Source: Phoronis australis (Eukaryota; Animalia; Phoronida). Taken from it: DNA of 64,000 bases. A model generated the notes under the pieces. It had not been told where the DNA came from. It made no database searches and saw nothing but the letters and a program-made list of their open reading frames with translations. Location of the stretch: contig NMRA01000249.1 in NCBI GenBank assembly GCA_002633005.1, forward strand, positions 333,762 through 397,761, read 5' to 3'. Shown in pieces: positions 27,135 to 38,809 of this stretch; position 1 is the stretch's first letter, and each line of letters starts with the position of its first letter. The translations under genes and the position numbers were made by a program.

Positions 27135-28776
27135 TTCCACGGATCGTGAGGGTCAGAAGACATGCCTGGGGGATGCCGAATGACTTGTGTCGCTTGATCC
27201 AGTGCCATGTGCAAATTGGTTTCATTTAAATATACCAACTGAGACACGCATCATAAATCTTCACAAGTGGTACGAGGTTTGGCACAGTGCTGGGCAAGTA
27301 AAATGGGCTTCTCATAATGGATCAGCCCACCTGAATGGAATGTAAATATCGGATATTCTTAAAGTTGAGTTTTCATATTGGTGGTCTTTCAGAGTTACGA
27401 GAGCAAGATAGTGATTTTCAATAGATTCTGCCTCTGACTTATTGGACAGAAATTCAATTACTACACAGCGTTTCAACTATAAAAGCAAAGGACTAAATTC
27501 CACTGTCAGCTCCTCCCATGGTTTAATTAGCAAAAGCCATTATTTATTTTACTTTTTCGATACAGGCTGGGATCGAAATTTGCTTTTTCTATCAGTAACA
27601 AACACTGCTTATGTTGCAGATATATCTACGCAGTGGGAAATGCATGAAAGAAGACTTCCTTGCTCATGAAATGGCCTTCCAAATGTTTGCCTCCCTAAGG
27701 CATTGGTACACACCACATGTGTGTGTGTGCGGGGGGGGGGGGAGTTTGGGCAATTAGTTGTAGTTTTCCACTCGCACACGTGGACATTTACAGTACGGTA
27801 CCCTGATTTTTGAGGCAGGGCAAACCCAATGAAGCGTAAACCATGACAAGATTTCCTGCTCTTCTAACGTTAATTTGAGACAAAATACAAGTCCATAACT
27901 TCTACTCTATGTTCCGGCAATGAGGTCATGGTTTTCCGAAACCAGCTCCAATTTGTAACATCTGTGTAGTAAAAGACAGGTGACACTTTCAGAAAACTCT
28001 TTAATGACACACTCATGCCATTTATTCTACTTGAAGTTTTAATAATTGCGAGTTATTGCACGATTGGTTTTGAGCATACCCTTGAATTGTCGTCGATTTA
28101 AAGTACTTACTGTTTGGTATTCTTGGTGAGCCGACTCGGCGTCAAAGATCATCCACTGAAGTATTCACCGTCAATTAATGCATGTCTATTGGTAAAATGC
28201 GCATAGGAGAGTTTCAGATAAGCGAGCCTGGACAGGTCTCATTTAATGTATAGACGAGATCTATAGTAATGAACGTGCACATTTTGTCCAAGTGAGATTC
28301 AAAGGAGAGATTTGAATGCTTATACTTTCAGTGAAACATATTCCCGCAATAGCAAATTAACTTGCAGGGTTTCTGCCTGAAAACGAATATTCTTATAGGA
28401 AATATTAACACGGTGTTTACAGAAGTACACTTATGAGCATTACAGTTGCTTCAGATGGAGAAATGGTTTCTGAACGAAGACAAGGGATTGAAATGAGCGT
28501 TGTCAAAGGCGTGAAGATAATATAAATCGGTCAGCCGTTACCCTGAGGGTACAGAACCGAGCCAAAATCCTCGTTAAGACGCAGGTTTCATGGGTTCTGA
28601 TCGTAAAAAACAGATCTTATATCTGATATATATAGATAGGACGACGTGAAGGCAGTGACAATGACCATAATTCGGCATCCATAAAGCAAGTCTTAAGTTA
28701 GCACCTTTGAGAGAAGCACTTGGTGGTTCGCAATCTTACACAGTATTGTGCCGGTTTTGACTAATTTACTTTACAG

Positions 28777-29042
28777 AATGAAGATGACCTATTTCAATCA
28801 CGCCGACAATTTCAAGCACAACGAGGTCTTCGTCCAGAAATACTTGTTTGACGTTCTTCCAAACGAGGCACTGGAGAAAACTCAGAAATGTTCTTTCTCA
28901 GCGCACATCAGCGAAAAGGGCGGTTTTGTTGGCCATATGCAATGCAGCGCTCACCTGAGCTTTGTGGACAACTCTGGTCGTCTCCAGGGCAAAACACTGG
29001 TTTTGAGAAACGTTCCGCGTGTGTACGCATATTCGGTATCGG
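28777..29042 (+). CDS. Gene B exon 3, unrecognised beta-rich domain
   Basis: ttacag acceptor, G|gtgagt donor; paralogous to 2396-2661. Confidence 0.85.
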
Positions 29043-30492
29043 GTGAGTGCCGAAAGCTAACTATAAGAAAGGGGTACAGGAAGGAAGCATCACACTGCCA
29101 TGTCCAAGCAGGGTTCCCGCTCAATCCTTGTTTCACTCTAGTGTCGACTGGGGTCGTGACTGAAGCATTCGTTTTCAGTTTTGGAATAGGCCTGATGTCC
29201 GGTTTTGGAATTTATACCAATGCAGGGTGGTACTTTACCACTTATTCTAGGTTCCCATTTTGTTTGCGCACTTAAGTTTCAACAAAGCGTACTGATAGTG
29301 TCCCAAGTGGCTAAATTGGAAACATGACGTTGAAAGCAAAAACAACGATACAGTAAAGCATGAAGGGCGTTTACATGATAGGAAAATGTCACCTTCTCGT
29401 ACAATATTCGAACAGAATAGAATAGAATGCTCAGTTCTACTCACATCACAGAGCATCACACAGTATTTTTCAAATGAAAAATACAACTCAAAATTGTAAA
29501 ATACAACGATTTCACGAAGTTCACATCATCAGCGTATCTGGAACCCGCTTTGGCAAATCTCGAGCGCTTTGTTTTCATTGACTGTTATGCAGTTGGTGTC
29601 CACGTACATGTAACAAAGTGTAAATGTGATGCTTTTACTAAAATGTAGCCCTGCTTTCACATTGTCACAGGAACCATGTCTACTACCATCCTACCAACTA
29701 CAGGTCCTAGACGTCTTGAAGCGACCACTTTTTTACCGATGCAAGGGTTGGGGGCACCTGTGTTTTCTAAAATATATGTTCCATTTAATTTCCCGCACTT
29801 GTCCGAAGTAAAACGTGTACTTAACAAGGCGCCACTAGTGAAAGATGACATTGTGCCGGAAATTGTTTGGCGTGGCACTTGCTGAAAATGATAAGTTAGT
29901 AGCTTGATACCTCTTTCCTATTTCTCTTTTCTGGAAAACGGTCATTAATTTGGTTTCCGAAAATGGGATCCCTATGACTGTTGCCATTTTGTACACTGAC
30001 AGCAAGAAATTGACAAAATTGCAAACTTTAACCTGACTGTGGAAGTTAATCACACAACGCATTCTCAATCTAGGTTAGATTAGTTCTGGGTTAGTTACTT
30101 TGCTCCTTCACTCTCTTAACGTACTCCTTTGCTCCCAACAGCGGCGAATGAACATACAGAAGCAGCAAGCAGTTTCAGTGTTAACTGCCATTGGGCAAGC
30201 TCGACCAATGCCAAAGGCAATGATTTTGTCCGGTGAAAGGTAACGAAACTTTCGCTGCGTGGAATACGTCGTGGTATTGTGACATTGTTGTCCAACACAT
30301 GTTTAACCGGAGAAAAGTTTTAAATGCCCATTTCAATATGTAACAGCAAATGATTGGTCACAATTAGGTTCGAAAGATAGGTAACACCAAAGCGTGCGAA
30401 AGGCTAGTGGCCTGCGAAATCCTGTTGGAAAACCAACATGTTTATGATCATCTAATAAAGTTTAAGTAAGTAGTTGAACATGATTATTGTAG

Positions 30493-30657
30493 TGGACGGC
30501 GCTTGGACTGAGTGGAGCTCTGAAAGGACTTGTACCGTATCTTGCGGTGAGAAAACAGTCTTCAAAACAAGGACGTGTACTAACCCCGCGCCTGTGGGGA
30601 ATGGGGCGCACTGTCCTGGGGATGGCTATGACGGCTGCTCCACCGAAGACTGCATAG
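30493..30657 (+). CDS. Gene B exon 4, TSP1 repeat
   Basis: VDGAWTEWSSERTCTVSCGEKTVFKTRTCTNPAPVGNGAHCPG; 165 nt, phase 1-1, ttgtag / G|gtaata. Confidence 0.92.
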   Translation, partial: WTALGLSGALKGLVPYLAVRKQSSKQGRVLTPRLWGMGRTVLGMAMTAAPPKTA

Positions 30658-32497
30658 GTAATACAGGCAGTTTCTATTGCACGTAGTTGGGTTTTGAATA
30701 TCAAACAGTAACCTGTTGTGTGTTTTTCAAAATAGAATAGCTTGGCGGTTTTTAAGATACACCGAGGCCGCATGCAGGGACAGTATTACTCCGGATTACT
30801 TACATGTACATGTATTTTATGTGTCCACGAAATACATTGATACTGAAAGATTGCAAGAGATAGAGAGAGAGATTGGACTTTGGTCCAACAGACCACTTAA
30901 AGTCCTTGAAAAAACTTTGTGTTCTAAAAACTTTATTAATTTCTAAACTGACACATATGTTCTTAAGGCTTCACATCCGCTCCAAAAGAAGCTGAACAAA
31001 AATCCAACGAGTGTTTCACAAATTTATGTGGAGATATAAAAATAAAAAATTGCCCAGAAGTGGAGCAAACATGATGCACATTGACTCTTTCATCAAGTCA
31101 AGTGGGTAAGTTATGTATAAGACTAGTTCTGCCTGGAAAGTATTTCTTCTTCAACACTATTTCGATAACAATACACCCTTCAGTCACATGGGGTATGCGT
31201 AGTTCAAGTATTTTGCAGGTAGTTGTAAACCTTTTTACACAGGTGTGTTTAATGCAGCATAAAAACAGTATCTTGTATCACTTATCGCTTTCAATGTCGC
31301 CTGACAGTTTGGAAAGTTATCAACCTTGATGGGTTAGTTCTAATATCCTGATTGATCATGAACGTGTTTACATTCGATCCTGGAATATAATAGGCGTAAG
31401 ATTTGCTTGTGGTTTATGTAATGAAATGGACAACACTTATCGTACGCCCAATTCTCCATAAACATTCAAATTTTAACAGCTTACAGGAAATTGTGCGAGA
31501 GTTACTTAAATCATAGATTATAGACAACCGATTCGCAACTCCGAAATTTTCTTGGGTAATATCCTAGAGGAGCCGTCACTCTCCTAAATTATCTGCCCCA
31601 GTTTCCGGTTAATGTATTGTGATGACACAACAGCCGACCATGATTAGCAGACGATGTACTTGCCGGAAATAACACCAGGTAATTTGGCAAGGTGTCGCTA
31701 GTGAATATGACATCATTGCTTCTGTAAGAGCTCAGATTTCGTCAATTGAAAGTATATGCAGGTTGCGGTTCATGTAATATAGTCTATGCTTAAATACAGA
31801 GATGAACAATTTCCAGTCAAATTTTCAATATTCCCAGTGGTTTCTCAGGACGCTTGATAAAAAGGAACTTGGACTTTTTACGAAACTTTTTCGAAAGTTT
31901 ATGTCAAGGGAAAACATTTTTATCAAAATATGAAGCTCATTCTGTAATTGAAATGTCTGAATCTAAGTGGCGAGATATTAGACTTTAGCCAGTCAACGTC
32001 ACACAGTATAGGTGGCTACAGACGATATTTGTCTATAAGAATAATACGAACAAACAAATGAATATTGTTACACAAAGAAGCTAGTGATTATGTTCTACGT
32101 ATCTTCTACCATGCAAGGCGAGAGGAAATTGTTATTAATTTGTTTTTTGATTATTGTTTCGTGAACACTTGTTTGGGGGAAATATCGGCGTGTGTGTCAT
32201 CAGTACAGCACTGTATAATCAAAAATGAAAGTGACTTCAATGTACATGTAATTATCTTTCTTGGGATGAAAACGATTAGTCACTTAATGTTATTTTAAGT
32301 CCTGAAAAATGACATTGCTGAGCCATTACCTTCCATCGCACACTTTAACATTGGAATGGGTTATTAAATCAGAAGGGTTAAGTGTATTTTCACATTAATT
32401 TGATGTTTAGTACAATTTGAAAGGGATTGTTAAATTTTACAAACATACTCTAGTATTATATTTTGTTACACAAGCGCAATATTAATGTGTTTCGTGT

Positions 32498-32500
32498 ACG

Positions 32501-32532
<32 letters not shown>

Positions 32533-32554
32533 CGTGTGTGGGTGTGTGTGTGTG
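32498..32554. repeat. (TG)n microsatellite
   Basis: Directly visible. Confidence 0.95.
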
Positions 32555-35188
32555 CATTTATGTTCTGTTACATACATGGAATACAACTGGCCACCTTCCC
32601 AGGAATTACCATAGACCTTAGGAATTCACGTTAGGCTTCGTGGAAAATAGCCTTTCTGAAAGGCTACATTCATTAACTAGCCAGAAGGAGGCTCTGGTCC
32701 AACGACGTCTTAACATCTTGCCGAAACACGTTGCCTAAATCATGCTTCGGTCGTAACACTGTCCAGTGACGCCTTCCTATCCAGACAGTATAAAGCTGAT
32801 TCAAATCCCAACGTACAGGGAGAATTGTCTTTATGTGACGTGTCAAGTAGTGTAGTACAAAGGGTCGGACCTAGAGTTTTGTCTTTGTCACTGTCGGACG
32901 TAGTTTGCAAATTGCTGTGTTCACCCACAAACCATTTCCAACCTAAGATGAGGGAGTGCAAACAAACGTGTTTGATTCTCAGGTTAGAGAAATGCTCAAA
33001 TTTGGAATGTCATCACCTCAGAGATGGCTGATCGAATGTTGAACAGCAGCGTTCAGTGTTTTATATACACTTCTCAAAAACTCTGATATAAAATTACTTT
33101 ACAATTCCTCACTTTTTCATAAGGCACCATCAAAAAGATTCGATTCAAATGATAATTCCGCATTGTTTGGCTGCACATGTAACTTGTATTGTTTTGAACG
33201 AAAAGGTAATGCTTACTTGACCCAGCTAATGGAAAATTGGTACGATGTTAAGAATCAAGTCTTCTTACATGCGTGTTCAGCTTAAGATCCAGTACATATA
33301 ACCAAACTCAAGTGTTTCACATCTAGGCGCATTTGCCTTATGGGACCTGAGGTGTGAAGCTGGGACGCATGTCCCTGTGCAGGCTCGTCCACCTCTTCGG
33401 ATACGTCCTCAACCACTGTCGTGGACAAAAGCATACAATCTCGGAGGTTTGGCGGCACATTTCCTACATGTACATGTAGATTACACGGCGGCTAAAATGT
33501 TTTATACCTGCATTTAAACATTTTTCGGCAACTCTCGTTCAATCACTGTGCCACGTGACCGTACAACAACTTTCTCTGTTTTACACAGGCGCGTTGCACA
33601 TTATAGCACGGGCCAATGGATAGGAAAATACTCACATGTACTATTAATATTCATCCACACAAAAACACTCGTGTACTGTTTAGCGCACAGTGTACATGTA
33701 CATGTATATCTTATGAATATAACTCGTTGGAAAATCAACAGTCCGATTAAGTGACAAACTATTGCAGATTCAGCCTTCAACGTTATACACGTACATGTAC
33801 GTAAACGCGAGCAAAAATAGCGTACTGTTAATTAAAGAATTATGTGGTTAAGGAGGATCATTCTTGTGGTCTTTTTTCAGTCAGTAAAACTTAGGAAAAT
33901 GTTATGATTTACCTGAAAATCAAAATACGTGTTTAAAATTATGTCATAAACTTAATACACGTTTTTTCGATACGTCGAAGCGTACTATGCGAGCTAATGT
34001 CCTACAAGTAACCACATTCTGCGAGTTTAATTAATTATATCAAAGAATGGGGTGTGCCTATATTCGGAGCAGCACTTTCAAACATATTCTGGTAAGAGCT
34101 TGCGAATAGCTGCCTGCAGGGAGTGTTCAAATACAGGTGCAGGTAAAAGATAGATGTACAGGTTTAAATCGACGCATATTCGTTAGTACTACGCTTGAAA
34201 AACACGACCTTTAATTAAAGCAATCTAACAAAGTATTTCATTAACGTAAAATTATTTAACACAAGAAACCATTTCTTTTATTACAGTTTGCTATACTTTT
34301 CCGAGCACCCAACGCTGATGCCTTGATATACATGTACATGTACTGCTTTAAAATTCTCTGGCATAAAAGTCTTCTTTTAATTGACCCTGTGTAACATGTT
34401 CATAATAATTCCAAACAAATTGGTGAGAAGTGTGCATAAAAAACGGTGTAAATTCTGTCAGTCTTTTCTGAGCTATAAGGTGGCGGAGCCAGCCAAATTC
34501 GGCCGTTTCAATGGGCATGAGAACCAGAAATTTCAAAAATATTCCATTTCGAATAAAGATCTTTGTCCTCATGAATTTTTCTTCAGCCATTTCAAAGCTC
34601 AAAGCCTTACGAAACTCCCAACTTTTGTACACATCTACAAGTACACATGATGTCCTGTATGTCACGAGTTTTTGTACCCCCAGCATGACTTAGTTTTGTT
34701 AGGTGTTATCGTACGAGAGGAGCTTATACTGTGCGTCACGAAAATAAACGTGTATACATGTATGGCGCATAATAATGGACTAAGTAAAAGTATAGTCACT
34801 ATGTTCTGTAAGACTTCCCGTTATTTCAAAAACAAGCACATTTCATCCACCCCAAACGAGCTTTGGTAAACTTTGTTATTTGTGCACTGAGTTTTTTTTT
34901 GGCTTCACAACTGAGTCACGTCATGTTTCCATTTACTCTGATGATGGTTTTAGTTAATGAAGCGAATCGACAAGTTGTTTGATAATGAATTTTTTGTTGT
35001 CGAGGTTATCTAAAACACACATTGTTGTCAAGAACTGAATTGTTTGAAGTATCTTTGTAGAAGGTTCTGTGATACGTTGCCTCGATATCGGCGAAAGCTT
35101 CACTGGTAGAAGGCGAAATTCTACATTATTTAGCGAGGTACATGTACCAATCCGGTATTTCAATTCTTCATGTTTATCATAATTGCAG

Positions 35189-35673
35189 CTCCACCTAGTG
35201 TGATAACGAAGGAAGTTTTGAAGTTGCTAGCAGTCCAACTCCCTGGAAAAAAATTTAAGCGATTGTACCGATCATCAGAAGACGGCGCATCTGGTTTTCA
35301 CGATAAATGCGACTCCATAGAACCCCTTAGCACTGTAACCATTGGCCAGGACAACTCTACGGGATTCTATTACGGGGGTTATACCACGAAGGCCTGGAAA
35401 TTAGGTTCGACAACAAGGAAGTCAGACCCCGATGCTTTTATTTTTAAAATTACTTGCGCACAGACGGGAACATGTGAACATCTTGAAAAATTCACACCAT
35501 CATCAAACTCGCTAGTTATTGATTCCTCTATGGACCTCCCGGTATTCTCCGATCAACTTAATTTCAACAGTGGTAACAAGTGCATTAGGGGTACTTATTT
35601 CATATCTACAGGAAATGAAGATATGGATTGTTCTGGAGAGTGGAAACTCATTGAAGCCTACAGTGTCATTTAA
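35189..35673 (+). CDS. Gene B exon 5, TLDc domain (the five exons total 1131 nt = 376 aa + stop)
   Basis: ttgcag acceptor in phase 1; LYRSSEDG..FHDKCD...YYGGYTTKAW...DPDAFIF...IEAYSVI*. Confidence 0.88.
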
Positions 35674-37355
35674 AACCAGCGAAACGTTTGGTGATTGACT
35701 AAGTTTTGACCGTGTAATTCTTACAATTCACGGCACTCCTTGAAAGTATATGGGAAAAATGTTGGAGTTTAGTCACCAGAACGATTGCTAAACTGCGTTT
35801 TTGTAGACGCAAGACCCTAGCGGGACAAGGCGTCACCAGATATCGCCATGTATTACTACCTTTCCACGTGATCGCAAAATATCTTCCGTTTCGGAACACA
35901 GCCATGTCTTTACTACAAACAGAATTGATATGTATGCACTATTAACTTTATTACATTGTTTTTAAATTCCTCCTCTTGTTTTCCCGTGTATTTTCAATGA
36001 GACTTGGTGGTTTTGGTTAGGCATTTCACGCCACGTGACAGCTCGGTGGTCTATATGTACCTATATGTGTTTGAGGTGACAAGATTAAATATTGAACTAT
36101 GTTTTACTAATTTTGCCTTCGTTAGCAATTACTTGCAGACATATTAACAATTAGGGAGAGTTATTAAGGACAATGAGTTCAACTTAACATAAAAGTCCCT
36201 AGTTCATGCATCGTAATAACTTTTGGAAATTGATGGGATAAGGAGAGCAGTATTTTGGCAAACACATGTGTGCGTGTGAGTGTATCACTGGGCTCAACGG
36301 ACACTAACTAACTGTTACATCAGGTTATCCTCTCTTAAACCGTTTCGTTTTATTCCATGGAGTGGTATCATTATATTAGAAAATAGCGGGGAGTTGACTT
36401 AAACTGATGCATTTCGAGGTACGCCTCTTCGTATTACGTTCTATGCCTCGGTGAAATGAAAAAACGCACATTGAACTTAAATATCCAAATTGATTTTATA
36501 ACATAAGGCATCCCTACTCCTTAAGTTGTGCTGAATCGGAAAATGATGATTCACTTACATGCTATATTCTATATTATTTTGAAGCGATTAGTCATATCTT
36601 GCTGTTTAAAGACCAAACGCAAAAAAAACCGTGACTGAAAAACCTTCTACGTTGAAATAGCTCTGTTTCGATTGGGCATTCTAAACAGTACAACACCGAT
36701 CAGGCAAACTGTATGTTTAGACCACTACTGAATTTTCCAAAACTAAACGTAAGGCAAGACTTCTACCGAACTCTGTCAGTGTCAGCAAACGTGAGTTAGG
36801 TGCTAAAACTGACTCTTTGTTTTTTTGTCAAACCGAAAGCCACAAATTAATTGGGCGGGCTATATGTGACAATACCTGCAAGGAGACTTCTCGCGATTTC
36901 GGCTAAGTGTGTGGAGCACAACCCACCTGGATTTGATCAAGATTTCGCCAGAACTGAAAAGGGTTCTAGCGGAGAAGAAATGGAAAAATTTAGTCGCAAA
37001 TTTCGTTGGTCAATTTTCACCAAATTTTGACGTTGTCCAATTCATTTTAAAAAGTGTAGTAGAAACATTTTTGGATTACGGTTATCTAATTGTAGTGGGA
37101 ACATATTAGACTGGTTTTCGTAATACTTGTTTCTGTTTAATGAAGTTTTGTAATAGGTATGTGAACTTTGTTTCGGTAAATAAAAGTTACTGTGCACGTG
37201 GGTAAACAATACTGCTTTTTGCATCCATCCAGTATATTGCACGCCAGCTTATATTTTATACATGCATTGATTTTCACTCAAACCAAAGTTATGAACTACA
37301 ATGTCATTTGAACTGCACCTGAGTGACTTAAATTCACATCGCTGGATCTGAACGA

Positions 37356-38809
37356 AGCGTTCACACCATGTATTTTCTTACTTTTTCGCTAATATGAATC
37401 GAATACCATAAAATCGCATGCGCGCACCCAGCCTTTAATTTGGCGACTCGAACTTCTGGCTAAGTGAACCTTTTGCTAACAAAAAAGCGGGAGCACTAAA
37501 AAAACGGGGTACCACCTTCAGAACTGTGTGTCTACGTTTTTCTAGTGGACTTTTGTTTCCTTTTCTCGGACTTTTTGTTTCTCTTTGGCGGACCATTTTG
37601 CCCAATTTGCCAAATGGGGGGGGGGCTCCTTCGAGCCCCCCCCCATACTAAATAGGAACTTTTTATGCCAAATAGTCGCAATTTTTTCATTTTGAAGAAA
37701 AATTACTTATTTCTATGTTTCCCGCCAAATGAAGCAATGAGTGGAAGATGGTTGGCCGCTTAACAATCATTTGCAATGTCGGAACACTGCAGGTTAGAAG
37801 ACAAGGACGATATTAGGCAAGAATTGGACAATTATTATACAGACAGAGAGGAAAGTGGATACGGGCATCACACTCAAGTACTTGAAGAATCAGACAATGA
37901 ATTCGATTTCCCATTTAGCGAACTTTCTTCGGCATTGAGGCCGTATGAACTGGACCCACTTGCACGAGAACTGCTGCAGATATATGTGAGCCACAACAAA
38001 CTCTACCAAGTGGTGATCAATACTCACAAAATAGACACTCAATAATTACTGACAAAGGCCACAGTAAACCTGGGTTACTCATATTCACTAATGCCGTGAT
38101 GGAATGAGCACAGTCTAAACACAATATGCATAAGCCTACTTGTAGTAGCACTCGATCTCGGCCGGGGTCCAGGTCCTGGCATCACTCGCCCTAGAATTTG
38201 CAAATGCACTTACTTGGTGGTGAGTCCTTCACTGTAACGCCGCTTACAGTATGTGTGTGGTCGAAACACGATTCTGTGAAATGTGCCGATAAAAGTGTGG
38301 CTTCCGCCGCACTGAATCGCATGTTCCACACTCTCGTTCGGTACACTAACATGGGCGGCGCAGCACTGAAAAATATGGGGGCTACAGCCCCCCCCCCCNT
38401 ATAGACCATGGGTAGCTTAGCACTGAAAAAGTGGTGGAATACACATGTAGCCCTCCCCCAACATCCTCTGGTGCGCCGCCCATGACAAACCGATGCCATT
38501 TCTGTGCAACTTTGAACACAGAGACGTTCTCAGTCACGTTGTTGCTACCACAGTTTCCATAAACGCACCTTTTCATGTCTGAAAAAGGCGACTCTTCGCG
38601 GAGTTTCTTCACAACTCCTCAGTATCGCACTGGTAAAACAACAACGGCGGAGGCGGTCTTCCACCCATTGCGTACAAACCCGATGACAGAAAAATATATG
38701 TTTAGAATTTTGACTTGTTTCGTAGCAACAGGTGTATTAAAGACTATTAAATCTGTTAAGATGTAATTGTAAAATCCTTTTTGAGACACAGGGTCATGGT
38801 GCGAACTCT
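37356..38809 (-). mobile_element. Kolobok-like element with a THAP ORF (38576-38191, interrupted by a MITE) and a convergent KolX-like ORF fragment (37776-38045)
   Basis: 15-bp TIR AGCGTTCACACCATG / CATGGTGCGAACTCT (13/15 match) followed by TTAA; empty site in the paralogous block at about 18735; THAP motifs MKRCVYGNC...W.RFV...SAHF.ESCF. Confidence 0.7.
38350..38484. mobile_element. MITE family M1, copy 3
   Basis: CATGGGCGGCGCA / TGCGCCGCCCATG; TSD ACTAA/ACAAA (4/5). Confidence 0.88.

Noticed and set aside
29043-29275. Hydrophobic C-terminal extension of ORF 28748-29275 suggesting a TM anchor
   Set aside because: Read-through past a strong GTGAGT donor; the paralog has a stop three codons after the donor
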